From NCBI GenBank assembly GCA_947258785.1, contig CAMYJT010000011.1, forward strand, positions 4,114-68,113: a stretch of DNA of 64,000 bases. The letters run 5' to 3'. The notes under the pieces were generated by a model that was not told the origin of the DNA, made no database searches, and saw only the letters and a program-made list of their open reading frames with translations. Made by a program: the position numbers and the translations under genes. Position 1 is the first letter of the stretch. Each line of letters starts with the position of its first letter. Of the stretch, positions 54,604 to 64,000 are shown in pieces. The DNA is from an uncultured Gammaproteobacteria bacterium. Its GTDB lineage: Bacteria > Pseudomonadota > Gammaproteobacteria > Arenicellales > JAANXG01.

Positions 54604-55569
54604 TCAGGCCACCCGGTCCCGGGGCTCCGCGCCGGCGAACACGGCGTCGAGATTGTCCAACGCCCGGAATCCCATCGCGTCGCGGGTCTCTTTGGTCGCG
54701 CTGCCGATGTGCGGCAGCAGGAAGGTGTTGTCGAGCGCCGCGAATTCGGGCCGTACGCGCGGTTCGTTCTTGTAAACGTCCAAGCCGGCCGCGGCCAGCC
54801 TGCCTGAACGCAGGGCTTCGAGCAACGCGTCCTCGTCGACCACGCTGCCCCGGGCGGTATTGACGAACACCGCGCCGTCGGGCAGTTGCGCGAGGCAATC
54901 GGCGTTGATCAGGTTCTCGGTCTCCGGGGTCGACGGACAGTGTACGGCCAGGAATTCAGATACCGGCAGCAGGGTGTCGAGGGATTCGTGGAACCGTGCG
55001 CCGTGTTCCAACTCCTCCGGCAGGCGCCGGCGATTGAAGTAGTGGACCGTCATGTCGAAGCCCCGTGCACGCCGTGCGGTGACCTGTCCGACGCGGCCCA
55101 TGCCGATGATGCCCAGCGGTTTGCCGGTGAGTTGGGTGCCGACCATGAACGCGGGGCTCCAGCTGTCCCAGGTGCCGGCGCGCATCAGACGTTCGCCCTC
55201 GCTCGCGCGCCGGGCTGCAGCGAGGAGCAGGAGCATGGTGATCTCGGCGGTGGCGTCGGCCAGCACGTCCGGGGTGTTGGTGACGACGATGCCGCGCCTG
55301 CGGGCCGCGTCCAGGTCGCAGTGGTCGACGCCGACGGAATAGTTGGCGATGACCCTGACGGTGTGGGGGAGCCGCTCGATCACCGCCGCCGACATGTGCT
55401 CCGTGTGGCAGATCAACAGTGCGTCCATGTCCACCGCAAAGGCGAGCAGTTCTTCAGTGGTGTAGAGGCGGTCGTCCTCGTTGAACCGGGGTTGATAATC
55501 TTTCGCCAGTCTTGCCTCGACGGCGGCCGGCAGCGTGCGTGTCACCAGAACGGAAGGTTTGGGGTTCAT
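54604..55569 (-). CDS. D-2-hydroxyacid dehydrogenase (glyoxylate/hydroxypyruvate reductase-like)
   Basis: VTNTPDVL, GIIGMGRVG, NTARG, GLDV..EP, LPHIGSAT. Confidence 0.92.
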   Translation of the reverse strand: MNPKPSVLVTRTLPAAVEARLAKDYQPRFNEDDRLYTTEELLAFAVDMDALLICHTEHMSAAVIERLPHTVRVIANYSVGVDHCDLDAARRRGIVVTNTPDVLADATAEITMLLLLAAARRASEGERLMRAGTWDSWSPAFMVGTQLTGKPLGIIGMGRVGQVTARRARGFDMTVHYFNRRRLPEELEHGARFHESLDTLLPVSEFLAVHCPSTPETENLINADCLAQLPDGAVFVNTARGSVVDEDALLEALRSGRLAAAGLDVYKNEPRVRPEFAALDNTFLLPHIGSATKETRDAMGFRALDNLDAVFAGAEPRDRVA

Positions 55570-55681
55570 AGTATGCGGTCGTCACCCATCGGTGTTGTGG
55601 CCGAACCCGGCCAGTGAGCGGCCGGGGCCGCGGTTGTTGAACATGTGTTCGCCGCTGATCAGCGGCCGGCGACGATTATAA

Positions 55682-57553
<1,872 letters not shown>

Positions 57554-57557
57554 GCCG

Positions 57558-58298
57558 ATGCACGAAGACCGTGTGGCCGTGGTGACCGGCGCCAGCAGTG
57601 GTATCGGCGAGGCGATCGCCCGGGCCCTGGCCGGCGACGGCGTCAAGGTGGCGTTGGGCGCGCGGCGCCGGCAGCGCCTGCAAGCGGTGCAGTCGGAGAT
57701 CGAGCGCGCCCAGGGTGAGGCCATGGCGGTGACCTGCGACGTCACCCGCCGCAGTGACTGCAATAACCTGGTGCGCGCGGCCGTTGACCGCTGGGGGCGT
57801 GTCGACATCCTGATCAACAACGCCGGCATCATGCCTTTGAGCTTCGTCAAGAGCCTCAAGATCGAAGAATGGGAGCGGATGGTCGATGTCAACCTCAAGG
57901 GTGTGTTGTTTTGTACCGCCGCTGTGCTGCCTTTTATGCTCGATCAGGGCGGCGGCCACATCGTGAATCTTTCGTCGATTGCCGGCCGGCGGGTATTTCC
58001 GGCCGGGAGCGTTTACTGCGCAACGAAGTTTGCCCTAAACGCCTTCAGCGACGCACTGCGTCTGGAGTTGAGCGCCCGCCAACGCATCCGTGTTACCTCG
58101 GTGCAGCCCGGGATCGTGGCGACCGAACTCACCGAAACCATCACCGATGACGGTCTGGGCGGATTTCTCGAGTACGCACGCTCGATCGAGCCACTGCAGG
58201 CGGAGGACATCGCCGCCGCGATCCGCTACGCGGTGCACGCGCCGGCACACGTCAACGTCAATGAGATTGTCGTGCGGCCGACCCAGCAGGAGCAGTGA
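57558..58298 (+). CDS. Short-chain dehydrogenase/reductase
   Basis: TGASSGIG, NNAG, YCATK. Confidence 0.93.
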   Translation: MHEDRVAVVTGASSGIGEAIARALAGDGVKVALGARRRQRLQAVQSEIERAQGEAMAVTCDVTRRSDCNNLVRAAVDRWGRVDILINNAGIMPLSFVKSLKIEEWERMVDVNLKGVLFCTAAVLPFMLDQGGGHIVNLSSIAGRRVFPAGSVYCATKFALNAFSDALRLELSARQRIRVTSVQPGIVATELTETITDDGLGGFLEYARSIEPLQAEDIAAAIRYAVHAPAHVNVNEIVVRPTQQEQ

Positions 58299-58399
58299 GT
58301 GCTCCGGCGGCGCGTGCCCAACAACCCGCCGCGTGTGCCGCGGTGGTGTCGACGACACTAAGTGCGGCGCTGCACTACAACTGATTGGGAGCGTATTTC

Positions 58400-59182
58400 A
58401 TGCTAAAAGACAAGAATGCCATCGTCACCGGTTCGACGAGCGGAATCGGGCTGGGGATCGCGCGGGCGCTGGCCCGGCACGGCGCAAACATCATGCTCAA
58501 CGGTTTTGGCGACCTCGATGACATCGAACGCATCCGCTCCGAGACTGCGGAGCAGTACGGCGTGGCGGTGTCCCACAGCGGGGCGGACATGTCCAAGCCC
58601 GCCGAGATCCGCGAACTGGCCGAGCAGACGGTGGCCGAGCTGGGAGCGGTGGACATACTTGTCAATAATGCGGGGATTCAACACACCGCGCTCGTCGAGG
58701 ATTTTCCAACGGAGAAGTGGGACGCCATCCTGGCCATAAACCTGTCGTCGAACTTTCACGCAATACGAGCCGTGATGCCGGGGATGAAACGGCGTAACTG
58801 GGGCCGAATTGTCAACATCGCATCGGCCCACGGACTGGTGGCCTCCGCCACCAAAGCGGCCTATGTGACCGCCAAACACGGCGTCGTCGGGTTGACCAAA
58901 GTCGTCGCGCTGGAGACCGCCACCACCGGCATTACCTGCAACGCCATCTGTCCGGGATGGGTACTGACCCCGCTGGTACAGAAACAGGTCGATGCCTTGG
59001 CGCAACGCGATCGCATTCCGATCGAACAGGCCAAGGAGCGGCTGCTTTCGGAAAAACAGCCCTCCAGAGCGTTTGTCACCCCTGAACAAGTCGCCGCATT
59101 AACGGTGTTTTTGTGCTCCGAGGACGCGGCTCAGATCCGGGGGGCGGCGCTCAGTATCGACGGAGGTTGGGTGGCGCAATAG
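58400..59182 (+). CDS. bdhA: D-3-hydroxybutyrate dehydrogenase
   Basis: TGSTSGIG, NNAGIQH, SAHGLVAS, YVTAKHG, CPGWVLTPLV, EKQP. Confidence 0.92.
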   Translation: MLKDKNAIVTGSTSGIGLGIARALARHGANIMLNGFGDLDDIERIRSETAEQYGVAVSHSGADMSKPAEIRELAEQTVAELGAVDILVNNAGIQHTALVEDFPTEKWDAILAINLSSNFHAIRAVMPGMKRRNWGRIVNIASAHGLVASATKAAYVTAKHGVVGLTKVVALETATTGITCNAICPGWVLTPLVQKQVDALAQRDRIPIEQAKERLLSEKQPSRAFVTPEQVAALTVFLCSEDAAQIRGAALSIDGGWVAQ

Positions 59183-59279
59183 CGCACCGCCGGTAGTGGC
59201 CTGGCGTTTGGCAGTGCCCAGCAGTCTTCCGGGCCTAGCCTGCATATTGCACCAAGGGGTCCCGCCCGCGGCGCTCCGT

Positions 59280-59771
59280 CTACGAGTTCTGCAGCGGAAT
59301 CATCAATACGGGTATGGTGCTGTGATGCATCACTTTGCGGGCGACGGAGCCTAGCAGCAATTCACCCACCCCCGCGCGTCCGTGTGTACCCATGACAATG
59401 ATGTCCGCATTGGTCTCCGCGGCCTGGGCAAGTATGACCTTTGCGGGAAAGCCTTCACGCACCCGGCTGTCCTCCACTACCCGGCAGTCCTGAGGCTCCA
59501 TGCCCAGTTCCTGTTTACAGAAGTCCCGCAGCCGTTGTTCGATGGTGCTGCGCAGTTGATCGATGCCGTGTTGACGGATGGACTCTGCGGTGCCCTCGGG
59601 CAGTACGTTATTGACCAGGTTCACAGCCGTTGGGTTGAGCGGCTCGAGGGCGTGCAGCAGCACGATCTTGGCCCCGTATCGCTCCGCGAGGCTGACCGCA
59701 TAGCGGAACACCGGCCGGGCGTGCGCTTCGAGGTCGGTGGCGTAGAGGATGGTGCGGATGTTTGGCAGCAT
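59280..59771 (-). CDS. Universal stress protein
   Basis: ILYATDL, DIIVMGTHG, LLGSVA, IPVLMIP. Confidence 0.92.
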   Translation of the reverse strand: MLPNIRTILYATDLEAHARPVFRYAVSLAERYGAKIVLLHALEPLNPTAVNLVNNVLPEGTAESIRQHGIDQLRSTIEQRLRDFCKQELGMEPQDCRVVEDSRVREGFPAKVILAQAAETNADIIVMGTHGRAGVGELLLGSVARKVMHHSTIPVLMIPLQNS

Positions 59772-59988
59772 CGGTTTGTGTCAGGTGTGATGGGTGTTGA
59801 CCGTATCGGCACGCCGGTGCGTGGCCGGCCCATAAACCGGCCGCAATCATAACACCGGTGGCCGGTCCCACCTATACAGCACGAGGACTGCGCATGCCGC
59901 CGGGGGACTTCGTTCTACCCCGCCCGGTACAGTTGATGCGCCGCCGTCGGTTGCGGTCCTCCGTATCGCCGCCCATCGGTGACAACCG

Positions 59989-60240
59989 CTACAGCAGGTG
60001 CCGGCAGTCGCTCAAGACACGTTTGTCGATCTCGAAGACGCCGTCGGAGGCCGGGAGTGCGAGCTGCGCCGCAGCCCGTCGCCGGGCCCGCCGCGCTCGC
60101 GCCGACTTCATCGCCGCGTCCAGGCGTGCCCGCAACCGTGCGCCCGCGCGGCCAAACGCTTCGCTGCGCAGGGCCCGGCCTCGGCGGACGGCCCGCTCAA
60201 TATCGACCGGGTGGTGGTCGTAAACTTCAAACTTGTTCAT
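59989..60240 (-). CDS. Small Arg/Ala-rich protein, RSP_7527-like
   Basis: GGAG RBS, ATG 60240; DIERAVRRGRALRSEAF; divergent from LysR gene. Confidence 0.6.
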   Translation of the reverse strand: MNKFEVYDHHPVDIERAVRRGRALRSEAFGRAGARLRARLDAAMKSARARRARRRAAAQLALPASDGVFEIDKRVLSDCRHLL

Positions 60241-60330
60241 GGTGTCGTCTCCAAGGTTTGTACTCTGTCTGTATGTAAACGTAGTTCTTGTAATGGCATT
60301 TGAGAATAGGGTATTTTGTAACAAGACTTT

Positions 60331-60343
60331 TGATTAAATTTCA
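60331..60343. promoter_or_regulatory. LysR-type T-N11-A box
   Basis: TGA-TTAAATT-TCA dyad in the AT-rich divergent promoter, 12 nt before the LysR start. Confidence 0.6.
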
Positions 60344-60354
60344 TAAATAAATCC

Positions 60355-61278
60355 ATGGACAAGCTCAATGAAATGACCGTATTTGTCCGTGCCGTGGAGC
60401 GGCGGGGATTCTCAGCGGCCGCCCGCCAGTTGGGTCTGACACCGTCAGCGGTCAGTAAGCAGATCGCGCGACTGGAGGATCGTTTGGGGGCGCGGTTGTT
60501 TCACCGCACGACCCGCCGCCTGGGGCTTACCCAGGAAGGCCGTGCCTTCTACGAACGCTGTGTGGGCATTTTGAGCGAGGTGGAACAGGCCGAGGAAGCG
60601 GTGTCCGAGTTGCGCGGGCGGGTACGCGGCACGCTGCGCGTGGTCTCGGTGGCCGCATTTACGCGTGCCCAACTGTTGCCCCTGCTGCCCGAGTTTATGC
60701 TGCGTCACCCCGAGTTGCGGCTGGAGTTGGAGCTGAGCGAACGCTCGGTGGACCTGATCGACGAGGGCGTCGATGTGGCGCTGCGGTTGAGCGAACAGAT
60801 GAATGAGGAATCGCTGGTGGCGCGCAAGCTGTTCACCAATCGGCGATTGATCTGCGCAGCGCCATCGTATCTGCAGCGCTACGGGACACCACAGACGCCC
60901 GAGGACCTGCTCAAGCACAATTGCCTGACCCATTCGTCCGTCGCCCACTTCAACGACTGGGAGTTTGCCGGTCCCGAAGGGACGCGGGTGTTGCACGTCT
61001 CGGGCAATTTCGAGGCCAACCGGGCCGCCGCCATTCAACAGGCGGTGGTAGCGGGAATCGGTGTGGCCCGTTTAGCGGAGTTTCTCGTCGGCCACGACAT
61101 CAACGCGGGCCGGCTGGTGGCACTGTTGACCGACTATGTTCACGATCAATCGTCGCTGATGGTGGTGTATCCGCACCGGCGGCACCTGTCGACCAAAGTG
61201 CGGGCATTCGTCGATTTTTTGGTTGAGAAGTTCACACCGGTGCCGCCCTGGGAGCGTGATTACGTCTCGTCAACCTAA
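60355..61278 (+). CDS. LysR-family transcriptional regulator (CrgA/DmlR-like)
   Basis: FSAAARQLG..SAVSKQIARLE..LF.RTTR, DLIDEGVDVALR, KVRAFVDFL. Confidence 0.95.
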   Translation: MDKLNEMTVFVRAVERRGFSAAARQLGLTPSAVSKQIARLEDRLGARLFHRTTRRLGLTQEGRAFYERCVGILSEVEQAEEAVSELRGRVRGTLRVVSVAAFTRAQLLPLLPEFMLRHPELRLELELSERSVDLIDEGVDVALRLSEQMNEESLVARKLFTNRRLICAAPSYLQRYGTPQTPEDLLKHNCLTHSSVAHFNDWEFAGPEGTRVLHVSGNFEANRAAAIQQAVVAGIGVARLAEFLVGHDINAGRLVALLTDYVHDQSSLMVVYPHRRHLSTKVRAFVDFLVEKFTPVPPWERDYVSST

Positions 61279-61477
61279 GGTTCATTCCCACAAAGGTACA
61301 CAGAGTCCCACAGCGCTTGTGTTCTGATTGTGGTGCTCGTTTGGCGATACGACTTCGGAGATTTACCCATTGCACCGTCCTGACGTCGTTCAGGCGCCGC
61401 CATCTGGGACCAGTTAAGTCCTTGGTGATCCCATGCTGATGATGTCGTACAAAGACGCCGTAATGTGATCGTTGTCA

Positions 61478-61517
61478 CCTCCCAAACTGCATCATCAACG
61501 ACGAGCAGATTGGGAGG
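61478..61517. other. Stable intergenic hairpin (terminator or part of an ncRNA)
   Basis: CCTCCCAAACTGC pairs with GCAGATTGGGAGG, one A/A mismatch, 14-nt loop. Confidence 0.5.
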
Positions 61518-61524
61518 CAAGGGT

Positions 61525-62325
61525 TTACGCCGGTGACGCGACGAAGTCCTTGAGGGCGTCCAGGACCTGATCGGGTTGTTCGGCGAGCATCAGATGGCCG
61601 CAGTCCGTGAGGGTCACGGTGCGCAGATTGCCGAGGCTGTGTATCAATTCCTCGGCATTGGCCGGCGGGGTCATGCGATCCTGGTCGGCCATGACCATCA
61701 GCGCCCGGCAGCGCACCTGTTGCGCGCTGGCGAGTCCGGCCTGGTATTGATTGCAAGCGTTGAGGTCGTTATACAACACACCGGGCCGTGCCTGCTCGAG
61801 CAATCGAACGGTGCCGCCGATCAGCCACATCCCGGGTACCGGGTTGCCGCCGAACTGCGTGCTGTGACCGTGCCCCCACAGGGTGATCATGTCGATGGCG
61901 CCCCGCTCGTTGTTGCGGGCCGCATTCAGCAGTGGTTCGCTGACGGCCAGCGGCATCGACGCACCGAGCAGGGCCACGCGTTCCGTGCGCTTGGGGTAGC
62001 GTGCCGCCGTCTCCAGCGCCACCAGGGCCCCCATGCTGTGGCCGACGAGGACGGCCCGGGGTACGGCAAGGGCCTCGAGCAGGGCGCCGATCCAGTCCGC
62101 AATTTCCTCGATGGCCGTCAGCGGCGGGCCCTCCGAGCGTCCGTGGCCGGGCAGATCGACCGCCAGCACGTTCCAGCCGTGATGGGCGAAATAGCGGCTC
62201 TGCAAGAGCCAGACGGTGTGGTCCAGCCCGGAGCCGTGGATGAACACGATGCTGCCCCGGTCGGGCGCCAGGGGTTTCGCACCGGTGTAGGCGTAGGCGG
62301 CTCGGTTGTTGACGGTAACGTACAT
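61525..62325 (-). CDS. Alpha/beta fold hydrolase
   Basis: FIHGSG, DLPGHGRS, GHSMG, QDRMT, CGH triad; start MYVTV. Confidence 0.9.
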   Translation of the reverse strand: MYVTVNNRAAYAYTGAKPLAPDRGSIVFIHGSGLDHTVWLLQSRYFAHHGWNVLAVDLPGHGRSEGPPLTAIEEIADWIGALLEALAVPRAVLVGHSMGALVALETAARYPKRTERVALLGASMPLAVSEPLLNAARNNERGAIDMITLWGHGHSTQFGGNPVPGMWLIGGTVRLLEQARPGVLYNDLNACNQYQAGLASAQQVRCRALMVMADQDRMTPPANAEELIHSLGNLRTVTLTDCGHLMLAEQPDQVLDALKDFVASPA

Positions 62326-62345
62326 CGTCGCGAACGGGCCGCCGG

Positions 62346-63644
62346 CTAGGCTTTCTGCGCGGTGTGCAGGCCGCGGCTGAGGTCCTCGATGAGGTCTTCC
62401 GGGTCTTCCAGTCCGACGGACAGCCGTATCATCCCTTCGCCGATGCCCGCCGCACGCAAGGCGTCGGCGTCCATCCGGTGGTGGGTGGTGCTGGCCGGAT
62501 GGATCACCAGCGACTTCGCGTCGCCGACGTTGGCGAGGTGCGAAAACACCTTGAGACCCTCGATGAAGCGCCGGCCGGCGGCGCGGCCGCCGCGAACGGT
62601 AAAGCTGAACACCGCGCCGCACCCATCGGGCAGCAGGCGCTTGGCCAACTCGTGGTCCGGATGCGCGGGCAGCTCCGGGTAGGTCACGGTTTCCACCGCC
62701 GGGTGTTCGGACAGGTAAGCGACCAGACGGCGGGTATTGTCGATGTGACGCTGCATGCGCAGCGGCAGGGTCTCGACGCCTTGGAGGATGTGAAACGCCG
62801 TGGTCGCACTCATGCAGGCGCCGAAGTCGCGGGCGCCCTCTTTACGCGCGCGGGTGATGAAGGCCGCCGGTCCGTACTCTTCGGCAAACACCAGGTTGTG
62901 AAACCCGGCGTAGGGCTCGGTGAGCGTCGGGTATCGGGCCGCCGACGCCGCCCAGTCGAACCGGCCGCTGTCGACCAGCAGTCCGCCGATTGCGACGCCG
63001 TGCCCGCCCAGGAATTTGGTCGCGGAGTGGAACAGCAGGTCGGCGCCGTGGGCGAAGGGCTTGCACAGATACGGTGTGGTAAAGGTCGCGTCCACGAGCA
63101 AGGGGACACCCGCCGTGTGGGCGACGTCGGCCACGGCCGTGATGTCGAGCACCTCCAGCCCGGGGTTACCCAGGGTCTCGGCGAACAACAGACGGGTGTC
63201 GGGACGAATCGCGTCTGCAAACGCACCTGGATCGCGGGGGTCGACGAAGCTGGTCTCGATGCCAAAGCGGGGCAGAGTGTAGCTCAGCAGGTTGTGCGAG
63301 CCGCCGTACAGGCACCGAGAGGCGACGACGTGCGACCCCGCGCCCATCAGGGTCACGATGGCGAGGTGCATTGCCGCCTGTCCGCTGGCCGTGGCAATGG
63401 CGCCGATGCCGTCCTCTAACGCCGCGATGCGCTCCTCCAGCACGGCGTTGGTGGGGTTGGTGATGCGCGAGTAGACGTGGCCGGCCCGCTCGCCGTTGAA
63501 GATGGCCGCCGCCTGATCGGTGTCGTGGAAGACGTACGACGTGGTTTGATAAATCGGCACGGCACGCGCCCCGGTGGTCGGGTCGGGCTGCTGCCCGGCG
63601 TGCAGGGCCAGGGTGTCAAATTTGGGATAACGGGGACCAGCCAT
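62346..63644 (-). CDS. O-acetylhomoserine aminocarboxypropyltransferase family PLP enzyme, copy 2
   Basis: [35 protein letters not shown]. Confidence 0.92.
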   Translation of the reverse strand: MAGPRYPKFDTLALHAGQQPDPTTGARAVPIYQTTSYVFHDTDQAAAIFNGERAGHVYSRITNPTNAVLEERIAALEDGIGAIATASGQAAMHLAIVTLMGAGSHVVASRCLYGGSHNLLSYTLPRFGIETSFVDPRDPGAFADAIRPDTRLLFAETLGNPGLEVLDITAVADVAHTAGVPLLVDATFTTPYLCKPFAHGADLLFHSATKFLGGHGVAIGGLLVDSGRFDWAASAARYPTLTEPYAGFHNLVFAEEYGPAAFITRARKEGARDFGACMSATTAFHILQGVETLPLRMQRHIDNTRRLVAYLSEHPAVETVTYPELPAHPDHELAKRLLPDGCGAVFSFTVRGGRAAGRRFIEGLKVFSHLANVGDAKSLVIHPASTTHHRMDADALRAAGIGEGMIRLSVGLEDPEDLIEDLSRGLHTAQKA

Positions 63645-63748
63645 GATGTGCTCTGTGTGGGTGAGTTATTTAGGATGCCGAGGGTCAAACTCTCCGGGTT
63701 GCGCTGGGCACGGGTCCGTGTGCCGATCGTCGGGGGTGAGCCACGGGG

Positions 63749-64000
63749 TCACATGTTCGGATAGTTGGGACCGCCACCACCCTGGGGGACCACCCAGGTG
63801 ATGTTCTGTGTCGGGTCCTTGATGTCGCAGGTCTTGCAGTGCACGCAATTCTGCGCGTTGATCTGCAGCCGCGGCGCAATGTCGGTGTCGACGATTTCGT
63901 AGACCCCGGCCGGGCAGTAGCGTTGCTCCGGAGCCGCATAGCGCTTCAAGTTGGTCTCGATGGCCACTGTTGGGTCCGCGAGTCGCAGATGGCAGGGTTG
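63749..64000 (-). CDS. ETF:ubiquinone oxidoreductase, C-terminal end (5' part outside the window)
   Basis: [34 protein letters not shown]. Confidence 0.92.
   Translation of the reverse strand, partial: QPCHLRLADPTVAIETNLKRYAAPEQRYCPAGVYEIVDTDIAPRLQINAQNCVHCKTCDIKDPTQNITWVVPQGGGGPNYPNM

Noticed and set aside
59772-59988. Cuckoo-type CCUCCUCCC sRNA repeats downstream of the small protein
   Set aside because: The motif is absent.
62326-62622. Extension of the alpha/beta hydrolase to 365 aa
   Set aside because: Overlaps the upstream PLP enzyme; the hydrolase fold starts at MYVTV (62325).
63645-63748. SAM/SAH riboswitch upstream of the MetY-like gene
   Set aside because: No recognisable SAM-I, SAM-II or SAH consensus by eye.

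Overview
A GC-rich, gene-dense core-metabolism region with about 63 CDS. I saw no rRNA, tRNA, CRISPR array, transposase, integrase or phage gene. Gene types (Na+-NQR operon with apbE/nqrM, E. coli-type speD, three DUF302 proteins) suggest a marine or saline Gammaproteobacterium, possibly a sulfur oxidiser; this is inference. Main blocks: (i) mcm-pccB-pccA-meaB-mce propionyl-CoA/methylmalonyl-CoA operon; (ii) nqrABCDEF-apbE-nqrM, flanked by two membrane-fused spermidine-synthase-like proteins; (iii) acuI-like, acetoacetate-CoA ligase, CoA transferase, etfBA and a DmdC-like acyl-CoA dehydrogenase; (iv) a Wolinella-type diheme frdCAB; (v) two O-acetylhomoserine sulfhydrylase paralogues with a CoA-binding protein and an alpha/beta hydrolase, plus 3-hydroxybutyrate dehydrogenase. 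The most interesting signals are: FrdC with Val in place of the E-pathway Glu (possible electrogenic succinate:quinone oxidoreductase); a signal-peptide-bearing PIMT next to a membrane SAM-binding protein and a nucleoside symporter (candidate extracytoplasmic methylation/repair module); a KcsA-like channel with a non-canonical TAGIAD filter that the ORF track missed; a spore-photoproduct-lyase-like radical SAM enzyme; and a structured intergenic region at 61.3-61.5 kb. All calls come from motif recognition by eye; no searches were run.
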